NCBI RefSeq assembly: GCF_044704955.1
Contig: NC_091980.1
Location: forward strand, 207,576,001-207,640,000
DNA: 64,000 bases
Direction of reading: 5' to 3'
Source: Pristiophorus japonicus
Lineage: Eukaryota
Shown here: in pieces, positions 37,926 to 50,907 of the stretch
How positions within the stretch are numbered: position 1 is the stretch's first letter
Layout of the letters: every line of letters begins with the position of its first letter
Program-made: the position numbers and the translations under genes
The notes under the pieces: generated by a model
Databases searched by the model: none
Told to the model about the DNA's origin: nothing
Seen by the model: the letters and a program-made list of their open reading frames with translations, nothing else

Positions 37926-39699
37926 TGATAATATTTTGTTAAATATCCCTCTGCATCCCCTTGGTGAATTACAATACCTTTCTCTTACACTTACTATTGC
38001 TTCAACGTGGTGCATCCCGTGTGGCTTCAGCAGCGGTAGCGGCTACTCAGATCCTTGCCCTAACTGTTGCGATGCTCTTGGCCAAAGCCCTCTGGGTTTT
38101 GGAGATCATGAAGGCCCTGCTAAAGGCTGCTCCATCTGCACCGGTGGGGTGGGGTGGGGTGCAATGGGTGTGAAGTGGGAGCACTTTGAATGGAGTTCCC
38201 ACTTCCTTGTCCCCTTTTGCCATCATCCCCCTCCTGGGCCAGTGCCACATCACTCCTAACACTCTGCTGCAAACCAGTTTGGTGAAGATTAGTGATACGT
38301 TGAAAGGCCACAGATAAGGTATCTATCATCCGGGTTTAGGCAGCAGACGTGTTAGCATCCAAAGCCGTGGTCATGGCCTGCATGGACTCATTTGAGAGCC
38401 GTGCTTGAATCTCCATGGAGGTGGACCCTCTCTCCATGGCAGACATTCTTGTAATTCCCTCATTCTCATCACTGCAGCCTGTGCACTGGTCTTGCAACAA
38501 GCAACGTTGCAGTGCAGAGGCGCTGCCAGCGTGCCCACGGTTTTCTGACGCTTCTGGAGGCTCTGGTCGAGGCGGTGGAGAGCTGAGGGGCCATCATGTT
38601 TCCTCACACTGGCAGGAGGGCACTGCCCAACGTTTCTCGTCGTTTATGGAGGGAGGTGGCACAGCACATGTCAGCCAGCAGCGCGGTGCCCAGAACTCCC
38701 ACACAATACCGCAAAAAATTCAACGACCTCACTCAACGTCGTCAGGATGAGTACCATCTTCAGAAACCTCAACATGCCATCATCTCAACCTTACTGTCTC
38801 ACACACGGTACAGGCCGCTACATCCAGCACTCACACACCAACTGTACCCACCTAATGAAAGGAGCAACCACACCTGACGCCTTACATGCAGTTACAACTA
38901 TTCAACTATGGTAGGCACACCTGACAAACACGTAGCCGCACACTCACTCACACCTACTGTTTTTTCTTGCAGGCCAGGCTTGCTCACAACAGGAGGGAGC
39001 AGCTGCGTACAGGTGGAGGAGAGGCGGACCCCCAGCCCATGACCGACATCGAGGAGCATGTGGCTGCAGTCATTGGGGCACAAGTAGCGGGTGTGGTTGC
39101 CTTGGGAGAAGCTGACCGCCCCCACCCCCTCCCTCCCCCAGGACAATAGCGGTATTTTCATCACCTCTCCCTCTTCTATCAGACCACTTCCTCCTCACGC
39201 CACAAGCCTTTCCCACTTTACATGTAACTATGTGGTCTCAATTCCTTGCTGCCTTCCTGCGCCCTCCCCTGCATCTAACCACACTTTTCTGCCTTTATGC
39301 TGTCAGACAATGAGCCAGCAGCTCAGGAGTCTGTCCCTCAGCCTTCGAGCGCCAGCGACATGTGAGAGGAGGAAGAAGGGGAGGATATAATATATCTGAC
39401 TGTGTCAGACCAGCCAGCTGCCTTTGAGAGTGGGGACACGACATCGGTGGAGGAGGCTATGTTCCAGGGATCTGATGTCGGTGAAGCTTCTGGACCCAGC
39501 GGCATGTAGCAATTCTACAAGGAAAGGGAAGCTCGGGGGCCAACTCCCTGGAGGGTGAGTTTGCGCTTGTGTTTTGCTCAGTAGGACTCAGATGAGGACC
39601 TCGATGTTAAGATGTGATCAGACAGTCAATGGCGATGCACAATGAGCTTCTGGCTGTAATGGCAAGGGAGCCCGAGAGCATGGACACATTTGCCATGAG

Positions 39700-40003
39700 T
39701 ATTATGTCTGTAGTGTACTTATGAATGACTCCACGAGGCAATGTGTTGTACTCAAACTGTAGTGACCTTGGTCCTTTATTTGTAACTCCAGAGTGAGGCA
39801 GCCGCATGGTGGCTCCCCTTTTATACAGCCCCTGCCACCAGGGCAGGAAACCCCGGCCTCCATCAGTTGCACCCTCTAGTGGTGCCAGCATGTATATACA
39901 CAGTGTAAACCTTATTGATAGTACATCAGGTAAACAAGTCTCCATCTTATGCAACTATACAGTGACTACACAGAGCGTATATCTATAGTCTGCATATATA
40001 ACA
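39700..40003 (-). repeat. 3' LTR
   Basis: Direct repeat of 42670..42950, adjacent to the PPT. Confidence 0.92.
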
Positions 40004-41447
40004 TCACTCTCCCCCAAGTCCTTTGTGCCAATTACATTTGCACTATGTGCTCTTGATTAGCTCTCCCCAGACTTAAGGGCCAATAGCCCTTGCACCTTGG
40101 CTGTGCTTTGGCTTGGCTCTCTCCCTGTTAACCCCCAAGTCCTTTTGCCACAATGTTGGGTAGTGGTTACCAGTTTGGATAGTTCAATGATGCAGTGAGG
40201 TTCCAGTGGGTTCTGGGTGTGGTCCATGGTTACATACATCCATTTACACCCTCCCCACACCCCCCCCCCCCCAGAGCGAGATCATGCAGCTGGATCGTTA
40301 CATTAACATTAACATAGTGCAAGTAAAAAGAAAGGAAGAAAAAAAAAATTTTTTTACGGATTGTATCATGACACCTTGGTTCAGTGACTTACATTCATTA
40401 CGTTTTATGGCCGTACGCCAGGATTGGGTAGATTGCATTCATGGTTCAGTCATGGTCAGTACTGAGGTAGCAGTACAGGTATGCGAGGATGCTGGTTCCA
40501 GAGCAACCAGACAGGGTCCTAGTCGTCTGATGGCGGCGCTGCACCCCCTGCTAGTGGGGTGGGGCTTGGTTCGCTCACCTTGCCAGGACTCAGGGCCTTT
40601 GCTGTTGCCTAGTGGTGGGCAGAGCCACAGATGTGTGTGGTCTCCCTGTCCTCCTTTGAGGACTGCAGAATCTTCTGCCTGCTCTCTAACGGTGTTGGGA
40701 ACCTGGTTGTTCCAGGTCCCATTTGGGAAACTCGTTGGTTCTGACCTTTCACTCCCGGACATGGCGACTGGGTCTGGGGGCTGCACCGTCTCCACCCGGG
40801 TGGTGAGCAATGGCAGCCGACTGCGCGTATTGGCGCCGTTTTCGTTTCCAGGTCCGTGGCGAATAGTGCCATCGGGTGCCTACAGCGTGGGATATACCTG
40901 GGGCAGGGCATCAGGATCAGTGCCTTCACCCTCCTGAGGTCGCTGGCTTGCTATTTTTGGGGATACTCTATTCCTGACATCTCGCAACATTTTGTTCTTT
41001 ACATTCTTAATCGATTCGTTATATTGATTGTCATGCATACAATGTCTCTTTAAGTTCAGTTGGTTACAGGTCTCCTTTAAGAGAACTCTGCCATGCCACG
41101 CTGCCTCTCGCTGCAGCAGGGACGCCATCTTGCCTCTGTCCTCGAGGTCAACTGCCTTGATCCTTCTCTCCCGCGATTCTGCCACAAAAGCTGGAAGCGT
41201 GCTTGTGGGTTTGATCTTCCTCCCCATTAAGTCCTGCCACTGCAGCCAGGAAGGTGCTTTTAGGTCGTTATGGATGGATCATTGCCACACAGTCATGACG
41301 GACGGTCTGTGCCCCAGGTGCTGCGCTGGTCTGTTCTCTGGTGCCTGGCCTAAGCGAAGGTGAAGTTTTGCTCTTCCTCTGAGTACGAGGGACTGCTGGA
41401 ATGAAGAGGTCTTCCCATTTCCACTGGATCTTCCCCATCCACCTTCT

Positions 41448-42636
41448 TCAGAGTAGCATTGCACCATCACCTGCAACAATCCACAGAGGTAATTTGTGCA
41501 CCATGCCATTATGGATTACACTTACATCTGCACTACCAAGGACTGGGATCAGCTCCTTGATGTAGGTGCGCAACTTTTCCTGTACTGGAACCAGCTCGGG
41601 TCGTTTTTCATTCCATAGCCTCTCAAAGGCATCCTGGCTCATCACTGACTGGCTCGCTCCCATGTCCACTTCCAGGAAGACTGGAACGCCGTTTATCTCG
41701 ACTTCCATCTTCACTGAAGGACAATCGGTGGTGCAGGTATACACTTCTTCTTGAGGCTGAGCTGTCTTTCTGGCCAAATCATCATACTTCCCGCTGGATT
41801 CAAAGTCATCTACCGACTCCTCTGCTAGACAGTGAGTGGTATTTCTTTTACACATACGCTGGAGGTGGCCCTTCGTGTTACAGGCTTTGCAATACGTACT
41901 CAGCAAACTGACACTGGTGAGCCCTATGGTTTCCTCTGCAACACCATCATGATGCTACTCGATTAGCACCCCTTGGCGGACTCTGAGTTCTGGAACCCTG
42001 AGGTCTTGCTCTCTGCCCTGGGTAGAGCCACATTCTACAGTCTTGCCTGTGAAAGGCACCATTCTGTGTACAGTACTTGCCGGGTTTGAGTCCACAGGAT
42101 GAATAATTTGCTTGGCGCTGCAGGTTGAGGTCATGAACGCCTGACTGATGCTGATGGCCTTCTGCAGGTTGACTGTGGTGTCGGCAGATAATAACTTATG
42201 AAGGAGGCCCTCGAGGCCAATTCCTATAACGAAGATGTCTCGCAATGCTTCGTTGAGGTGCATGCCAAAATCACATGGTGTCGCAAGTCTCCTGAGGTCG
42301 GCAGCATATTTTGCAATCTCTTGGCCCTCAGGTCTGCGGTGAGTGTAGAATCTGCCTGGCCGTGAGGATGCTCTCATTTGATTTTAGTTGGTCGCGAATT
42401 AGTTCAGTCAGCTCATTGTATGTCTTATCCTTGGCCTTCGTGGGTGCCAGCAAGTCCCTGACGAGGCAGTAGACCTCGGGCCCACAACTGGTCAGCAGTA
42501 TAGCCTTGCACTTCTCCGCCAATGTGTCCGTCTCCCCTGCCAGGTCAGTTGCCGCAAAATATAGCTCGAGTCTTTCTGTGAAAGCATCCCAATCATCACC
42601 CTCTGCGAAGTCTTTTAGTGTGCCAAAGGTAGCCAT
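41448..42636 (-). pseudogene. Gypsy gag plus aspartic protease (frameshifted)
   Basis: WDAFTERLELYF, RRPEGQEIAKYAADLRRLATPCDFG, CKACNTKGHLQRMC knuckle, LEVDMGASQSV. Confidence 0.88.
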
Positions 42637-42669
42637 AATCGCGTGAAAGTCCGTATTCTCGTCACCTGT

Positions 42670-42950
42670 TATTATGTCTGTAGTATACTTATGAATGACT
42701 CCACGAGGCAATGTAGTGACCTTGGTCCTTTATTTGTAACTCCAGAGTGAGGCAGCCGCATGGTGGCTCCCCTTTTATACAGCCCCTGCCACCAGGGCAG
42801 GAAACCCCGGTCTCCACCAGTTGCACCCTCTAGTGGTGCCAGCATACACAGTGTAAACCTTATTGAAGTACATCAGGTAAATAAGTCTCCATCTTATGCA
42901 GCTATACAGTGACTACACAGGGAGTATATCTCTAGTCTGCATATATAACA
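42670..42950 (-). repeat. 5' LTR (two small deletions relative to the 3' LTR)
   Basis: Direct repeat of 39700..40003, adjacent to the PBS. Confidence 0.92.
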
Positions 42951-43989
42951 GTGAGCTAGGAGGAGCCACCTCAATCATTGCACTTATCTTCCAGCACAAC
43001 TTCGAGCCCATCCTTGGCAGTTTGCAAAGGATGGATGAGTCACAGAGACACCGTGGGCGACCCAGATCTCATGCCGCGTGTCATGGATGAGCTGGCAGCA
43101 GCCATTGCCGCACAGGCTGAAGCAACGCAACGGCATACTGCTGCAATGGAGTCAGTACTTGGTGGCATCCAAACTCAGTCTGCTCTCATGCAGACTCAGA
43201 TTGATTCCACACAAGCGCTGACTGCTGTCATCGTCTCTGGGTTCCAGTGCAACGAGGATCTCACGGTGCCGAAGTAGGCCAGCAATCTGTGCTCCAGCAG
43301 ATTGATCTGGATGCTGAGGCTCTGCCCCGGGGGAGTGTCAGTGTGTTGGTCGAAATGAGAGGTGCTGTCCTCTCTCAGGATAACAGCATTCCAGTTCACA
43401 ACACTGCCACTTCACCATTGCACCTGTTGCTGTCTACACCCCAGCTATCCAAGACTGCTGCTGTCCATCCTGAGGTGGTGCAGTCTGCAGCTGGATCTTC
43501 CAGGCTCAGAGCTCATTGAAGGCATCCTGCTAGACCACCTGCAGACTCGGTGTCACACAGTGAGCAGCCTTCAACCAACCTTGCTGCTGCCACTGGGGCC
43601 GAATTAAGGAGGAGCAGTGGGGTTGGGAGGGGGGGGCCAAGCGAAGGGGAGGGAAAGACTGAAAAAGGCCCAATCAGCTAGACTTTCTTTGTGGCTTCTT
43701 ATGTTTCAAAGGGGATGGCTGTTTTTTTATATATTACTGGTCTTCTTTGTGGGTATTATGCTTCACAGGAGATAGTTGTGCGTGAAATTAGATTTTTCAT
43801 TTGACGTTTCGGTTTTGGTCATCTTTCTCATTGGACCTTTCCAGGGTGATAGGGCCTGCCACCTGCAGATAGCCAGGTCTTTATGCTTTGCAATCGCCTC
43901 TCAGCGGTGAGTTATTAAAAGTGACACCTAATGAGCCGCTCACGCACGGCCCTTTCAGCGCCAACATTGCCATGATCCCTCCTCCATGA

Positions 43990-44130
43990 CTGCAGCTCCT
44001 CCTCTTCCTTTGCATCATCATGCTCCGCCTCCTGCTCCTCCTCTCCCCCTGCATCATCATGCTCCGCCTCCTGCTCCTCCTCTCCCCCTGCATCATCACG
44101 CTCCGCCTCCTGCTCCTCCTCTCCCTCTTC
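43990..44130. repeat. 39-bp tandem repeat (about 3 copies) in the acidic transposase tail
   Basis: TGCATCATCATGCTCCGCCTCCTGCTCCTCCTCTCCCCC repeated. Confidence 0.9.
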
Positions 44131-44612
44131 CTCCTCCTAAGGTGGACCTGCAATCCCTGCTGTCAATGGCTGGGTCCTCAGAATGGCCAGGTTGTGCATT
44201 ATGCAACAAACAATGATAAAGAAGGAGACTCGATCAGGGGAGTACTGAAGGATGCCTCCAGAACGGTCAAGGCAGTGGAATTGCTGCTTCAGCACCCCGA
44301 TAGTGTGCTCAATGATGTTCCTGGTGGCAGAATGGCTCTCATTGTAACGGTGCTCAGCAGGGGTGTTGGGGTTGCGGAGGGGTGACATCAGCCAGGTGGC
44401 GAGTGGATAACCCTTGTCCAAGAGCAGCTAGCCGTGATCCTCATGTGGTGGCTGGAAGAGCGCTGACACAGTGGTCTCTCGCAAGATGAATGCATCATGG
44501 CTGCTGCCAGGATAACGGGAATTCACGGCGAGGATGAGCTGCCTGTGGTCACACAACAACTGTATGTTCAGATAATGGCAGCCCTTGCAGTTATGGAACA
44601 CCTCTGCATTCT

Positions 44613-46623
44613 GTTAGAAATATAGAAACATAGAAAATAGGTGCATGAGTAGGCCATTCGGCCCTTTGAGCCTGCACCGCCATTCAATAAGATCATGGCT
44701 GATCATTCAACCTCAGTACCCCTTTCCTGCTTTCTCTCCATACCCCTTGATCCCTTTGGCCGTAAGGACCATATCTAACTCCCTTTTGAATATATCTAAT
44801 GAACTGGCCTCAACAACTTTCTGCGGTAGAGAATTCCACTGGTTAACCACTCTCTGAGTGAATAAGTTTCTCCTCATCTCGGTCCTTAATGGCTTACCTC
44901 TTATTCTTAGACTGTGCCCCCTGGTTATGGAACTCCCCAGCAACGGGAACATTCTTCCTGCATCTAACCTGCCCAATCCCATCAGAATTTTATATGTTTC
45001 TATGAGAGCCCCTCTCATTCTTCTAAACTCCAGTGGATACAAGCCCAATTGATCCAGTCTCTTCATATGTCAGTCCTGGCGTCCAGGGAATCAATCTGGT
45101 GAACCTTCGCTGCACTCCCTCAATAGCAAGAAGGTCCTTCCTCAGATTAGGAGACCAAAACTGCACACAATATTCCAGGCGTGGCCTCACCAAGGCTCTG
45201 TACAACTGCAGTAAGACCTCCCTGCTCCTATATTCAAATCCTCTATGAAGGCCAACATGCTATTTGCCTTCTTCACCGCCTGCTGTACCTGCATGCCAAA
45301 CTTCAATGACTGATGTACCAGGACACCCAAGTCCCATTGCACCTCCCCTTTTCCTAATCTGTCACCATTCAGATAATATTCTGTCTTCCTGTTTTTACCA
45401 CCAAAGTGGATAAGCTCACATTTATCCACATTATACTGCATCTGCCATGCATTTGCTCCCTCACCCAAGTCACCCTGCAGCCTCTTAGCATCCCCCTCAC
45501 AGCTCACACTGCCACCCAGCTTAGTGTCATCTGCAAACTTGGAGATATTACATTCAATTCCTTCATCTAAATCATTAATGTATATTGTAAATAGCTGGGG
45601 TCCCAGCACTAAATCCTGCGGCACCCCACTAGTCACTGCCTGCCATTCTGAAAAGGACCCGTTTATCCCGACTCTCTCCTTCCTGTCTGCCAAACAGTTT
45701 TCTATCCACGTCAGTACATTACCTCCAATACCACCTGCTTTAATTTTGCACACTAATCTCTTGTATGGACCTTGTCAAAAGCCTTTTGAAAGTCGAAATA
45801 CACCACATCCACTGGTTCTCCCTTGTCCACTCTACTAGTTATATCCTCAAAAAATTCTAAAGATTTGTCAAGCATGATTTCCCTTTCATAAATCCATGCT
45901 GACTTGGACCGATCCTCTCACTGCTTTCCAAATGCACTGCTAGTTCATCTTTAACAATTGATTCCAATATTTTCCCCACCACTGATGTCAGGCTAACCAG
46001 TTTATATTTCCCTGTTAATTCTCTCCCTCCTTTTTTAAAAAGTGGTGTTACATTAGCTACCCTCCAGTCCATAGGAACTGATCCAGAGTCAATAGAATGT
46101 TGGAAAATGATCACCAATGCATCCACTATTTCTAGGGCCACTTCCTTAAGTACTCTGGGATGCAGCCTATCAGGCCCTGGGGATATATCGATCTTCAATC
46201 CCATCAATTTCCCGAACACAATTTCCTGACTAATAAGGATTTCCTTCAGTTCCTCCTTTTCGCTAGACCCTTGAACCCCTAGTATTTCCGGAAGATTATT
46301 TGTGTCTTCCTTAGTGAAGACAGATCCAAAGTATTTTTTCAATTGGTTTGCCATTTCTTTGTTCCCTATTATAAATTCACTGATTCTGACTGCAAAGGAC
46401 CTACATTGGTCTTCAATAATCGTTTTCTCTTCACATATCTATAGAAGCTTTTGTAGTCAGTTTTTATGTTCCCTGCAAGCTTACTCTCATACTCTATTTT
46501 CCACCTCCTAATTAAACCCTTTGTCCTCCTCTGCTGAATTCTAAATGTCTCCCAGTCCTCAGGTTTGCTGCTTTTTCTGGCCAAGTTATATGCCTCTTCC
46601 TTGGATTTAACACTATCCTTAAT
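44613..46623 (-). mobile_element. CR1 LINE, 2 kb, 5'-truncated
   Basis: ORFs at 44713, 45187, 45857 with PGPDRLHPRVLKE, SQHGFMKGKSCLTNL, FADD; CATAGAAA tail. Confidence 0.95.
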
Positions 46624-47199
46624 GTGCCCAATGCTGTGAACCATGGGGAAGCCCGCAATCCTGGCAAAGCCACACGAGTGCTCCTCCTGTTTCTCTGTCG
46701 TCATGCAGAAGGTGATGTACTCCCTTCTCCTGCGGTACAGAGCCTCGGTGACCTCCCAGATGCAGCAATGGACAGCAAATTGGGAGATGTTGGATATATC
46801 CCTTGCTGTAGCCCGGAAGGAGCTGGTAGTATAGAAAGTCAGTATTACTGTCTCCTTACCTACCACTGAGAGCAAAGTCCTGGTCCTGATGTGAGGCTGG
46901 AGATCTGGTTGCAGGAGGGGGCAGTCCTCCGACAGGTTAATGTCGGAGATGTTCTCCCGGAAAACCTTGGCGGGGGCGGGGGGGAGATAAGGCCTACTGT
47001 TGTGACCTCTATGGGCCCTCCTGGTGCCTCGGCCCACATTTCCCATAATCTGTCCCTGCAGCCACCACCTACGAAGTAGTTGCCCCCATCAATGTAGAAA
47101 GGGACGAGGTGCAAATGGGTTGGTAAATGCTAAGGAAAACAATTTAACAGCCGCATCAAGGCAAGAGCTACAAGTTGTGCCTGCACACTAGCTAGCACT

Positions 47200-47918
47200 C
47201 ACTCTGACCTCTCAATGACCGGGTTGCTAAACCGTCTAAGTAGCTTCCCAGCAGCGGCAATCACAGGTATGAATGCCTGCTTTCTGTGGTGTGTTTAGGG
47301 TTCAGGAATAGTTGTGCATCTGCAGGGAAGCTGCAGTAGCCACATACCTCTAGGTGAGCTGCCTCTGCTTTGCCTCTGGCCCCACTGGGGAGTGAAATCA
47401 TGAATTCGTGCTTCCCATCCTGCAGTCAGGTCCTGCTGCCGCCTGCTGTGTGCTATTTTTTCCTGGAAGAGAAAGAATAGTGATTGTGAATGCGTGTATT
47501 GGCAGGTGTATTTGCGTGTGTGTGTGTGATGGTTGAAGAGCTGTGAGACGTGAGTAGTGCCTGTGAAGAATGCAATAGTGTGAATGTCAGTGTACAGTTA
47601 GATGGTGGACGAAGTGTGTTGAGGTTGTGATGCTGGTGGTGCAGTTATTGAGAAGTGTCTTTGTGAGATGGAATCTGACCTTGACATTCTTGTCAAGTCA
47701 TTACATTTCTTCCAGCACTGGAGCCATGTCCTGGGACCAGCACTCCTGGCTGTGACCTCCCGGGCAATCTTGTCCTACATGCAGTGCATCAGTTGCCTCT
47801 GCGGCCTCCTTCCCCTCTGCGGGTAGAGAACATCCCTCCTCCCCTCTACCTCCTCCACCAGGAGCTCCAGTGCTGCATCGGAGAAGCGGGGTGCCCTCTC
47901 TCTTGTTCCTTGTGACAT
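47200..47918 (-). pseudogene. second Myb/SANT gene upstream of the transposase
   Basis: MSQGTRERAPRFSDAALELLVEEV..RTWLQCWKKCNDL, intron, acceptor near 47463 then EKIAHSRRQQ. Confidence 0.78.
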
Positions 47919-48210
47919 CATTCTACTGCCAGGCATAGCACTCCACACCTTCAGTGGAAGTGAGTGAATGCAGACTGTACAGCTCCAGGAACATTGCATC
48001 TAATGAGCACTTGAGTGCTAAACCTGCAGTTGTCGGTTTGAGCGCCTGCATGCACGTTTAAATCATGATAATCATCAATTAAACCGAAAATTGCGTGCTA
48101 AATCTGTACTTTCAAACAGGCTTAATAGCAAAGCACCCATTTAAGTCTGTTTTCACCCTATGGCCAAGACAACCCCCAGAGGCTTTATCTGGTAGATTAA
48201 TCAAAATGTT

Positions 48211-48358
48211 TAAAAGAAAAGAAAAGAATTCCATTTATATAGTGCCTTTCACGATCTCAGGACGTCCCAAAGCACTTTGCAGCCCATGATGTATTTGTGA
48301 AATGTAATTACTGTTGTAATGTAGGAAGCATGGTACCCAATTTGCACACAGCAAGCCT
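48211..48358 (-). mobile_element. Deu-SINE 3' fragment
   Basis: Reverse complement matches about 6545-6689. Confidence 0.75.
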
Positions 48359-50632
48359 TGCAGAAATGTCTTCCTCATCTGTAGACAGTTATGAAAGAGG
48401 AGGGTGATTCAGTCAGCTACCTCATTCCATGAGGCTGACAATTGTGATTTTACTGAAGGGTGACCTCCAGCCACAAACAGTGCAAAGTTCTTTGATGCGC
48501 CTCCTGCAGCAGGATCTCCAACTCCTCAGCATTAAAGGTGGCAGTGTTGGCCACATGTCTCCACTGTATCATTGTGAACAATTTAGTCCACTTTTCTCTC
48601 ACCACCACAACTTCTCCTTTTATGGCCAAGCTGCAGTTACTTAAGAGCTGCTGCCTTGCTGGATTTTGCACTCCACAGTCAAGTGTGCCACATGCCAAGC
48701 CTTCTGGCTGAGATTTCCCTGTGTCTGTAACTTAACTAAAATAGTGGCAGGCCTTATATCAGAAAATTCAGCACAACCTTACCTCTATGCTACAGGTGCA
48801 CTAAGGATTCGTCGGGATTGCCAAATCGAGAGCTTTTCTAAAGAGTACAAAGAAAACTAAATTAAACACAACAATTTTTGTCCCAATTATAAAAATTAAC
48901 TATCTGATGTCGAATTCCATGTAAGTAGATACCATTCATGATACATTTTTAATTTAGGATTGAACAATTTTGAAGTTTATATGCTTTATGTCATCGTGCG
49001 TAACAGATCATATAAATGTTGTTACAATTATGGTCAAATATGAATGGAATATCTTTAGTTGTGGAGGAATATTTCAGCTGAGTGATTGTAACTTGAGCAA
49101 GTCAGAACCAATAACTAATCAAAAATTTACACTGATATAGTCATGCTGCCTGGCCTCAACTTAACTTGTCATAAGCAAGTTGTTCTTGTGATATCGAACT
49201 ATTGCAGATCATGTGATGAAGCGATCCAGACTTATTGATGAATTCATTGATTCCACTCATACTTGTAGTCATTGGACTGAGAGTTGCATGATCAGAAGTC
49301 ATTTGACCTTCAGTATGAACTAAACAAATAGCAGATGGTCAAGATTCAGCGAATCTATTCTTTCCTTTCTTCACAACTATTGCCACCATGTTGTGCCTGC
49401 TGAGTCTTTCTCCACTGTTTGTCACAGTGCCAGACTCTGAATTGCAGGATTTGCCAAGCATTGAAGTTTGGCTCACTTGGCTCTTTATAAAAACAAAGAC
49501 TGAACAAAAAGTATTTAGAAGTACTTTATACAGTTAAGGAAAATTGTTCATGGGAACTTGGAAGGAATTATTTTCATGCTGAGACTCAGTCGAGTGATCA
49601 TACACCTATTTCAATGACTTGGTATTAGAAGGTGCAGCATTCATTAAACAAAAATTGGCAAACTTTTCTTGTTTTCCAAACATTTGAAGTGTTATAATTT
49701 GTATTAAACCATGTCATTGCATCACAAAAAAACATTACATAGTTTGCACATATTCTTCCAGCAGAGTGAAGCACAACTGTTTTGGAATTTCTCTGTTCCC
49801 AGTGATTAAGACAAATATTGTTTTAAACTATAGTCCCACAGAACTGTATTATTTTAGTTTCCTAAGTATGCCAAGCATATGGAGCCGTGTATATTAGTTG
49901 CTGTGTTTTCAGATGTGCTCACAGTTGGAGCTGGCACACAGTAAGTTATTGAAGCACTAATCCTCTTTTGGCATGATCAAAACTGGGACTTGTAGCATAG
50001 GTTACTTACACTAAAGGTGACTGATTTTCATATGTCTACCACCCTTTTTACACTGGAAAATGGGGCAGACGCTATCTGAATTAAAAAAAATTAAAACAGT
50101 CCCACCCACCTGCTACCTACAGTCTGCCCAACTTGATTTTCAAGTGGGACTCAAAATGCGTGGCCAGCGCCCCGCCCAAAACAGGCGGAAGGCTTCCTTA
50201 ATTATTTAAATCGGGGTCCTAGGCCCATTGTAGGATTGCAACATGATATTCATGGACTAATGCCCTTCCCATTGGCCCCTGGCATGGAGCAGCCTAACCA
50301 GCGGCCCTTCAAGGGATTACTGCAGTCTGCTGCAAACATGGCTGAAATGGTTTTCCTTTCATTTTTGTGGAGCCAGGATGAACAGGAATGTTCCCCTTGG
50401 CCCGACAAAAATACTCCAGCCCACTGACGGTCCCTGAATGCCCCGGATTGCCATCCCTGTCCCCACAAACCCCAACCCAGGCTTATACTGTCACCCGACG
50501 AGCTGCCTTGGGGCGCCAATCCGGAGTGCCTGCAGCTTGCCGGTTGCATGCTTACCGAGGCCCGACCGCCAAGATGGTTTAGATCTCTCGCTGCTACAAT
50601 CAGGCAGACCTTGCGATCACAGTGCCTGCTGC

Positions 50633-50878
50633 TAATATTTCCTTACTATACAGTACAAATGCACACGAGGCCCATACTAAAGAGAAGATCACTCTGTGAC
50701 CAGTCCTTTTATTAGCCAGCACTGAAGTAATGAAGGTGGGTGGAGCTTCCCTTTTTATACCTGAAAGTCCAGGTTCGGAATGTCTCCCACAAGTTCACCA
50801 CCTAGTGGTCAGTGTTCTCATGGTGTAAAACTTAGGTCAGTTTATACATGGATTACAATGACAGTTGAATACACGACA
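50633..50878 (-). repeat. 3' LTR
   Basis: Direct repeat of 55088..55333. Confidence 0.95.
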
Positions 50879-50907
50879 TCACCTTCCCCCCCAAAGTCTT
50901 ATTGGGA

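Larger units (their letters stand above)
39700..42950 (-). mobile_element. non-autonomous Gypsy LTR retrotransposon (gag-protease only, 3.25 kb)
   Basis: Two LTRs; TSD ATGAG/GTGAG; PBS-like AGGTGACGAG; PPT GGGGGAGAGTGA; no RT, RNase H or integrase motifs. Confidence 0.9.
38500..43620 (+). pseudogene. Harbinger Myb/SANT gene, interrupted by a Gypsy element
   Basis: CPRFSDAS..WREVAQHMSASSAVPRTPTQYRKKFNDL; acceptor at 38972 then ARLAHNRREQLRTGGG; C-terminal region resumes after 42955. Confidence 0.8.
43930..47050 (-). pseudogene. Harbinger DDE transposase split by a CR1 insertion
   Basis: LTFYTTSSF..ISNISQFAVHCCI..GFARIAGFP | CR1 | [47 protein letters not shown]; acidic tail. Confidence 0.9.

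Noticed and set aside
43990-44130. CRISPR-like array
   Set aside because: Head-to-tail 39-bp repeats with no spacers, in eukaryotic transposon sequence
46369-47046. 225-aa ORF that looks like a novel fusion protein
   Set aside because: Chance in-frame join of the Harbinger transposase N-terminus with the truncated 5' end of an inserted CR1
48900-50000. Unique block possibly coding or regulatory
   Set aside because: Interrupted frames and no motif; conservation cannot be judged from sequence alone
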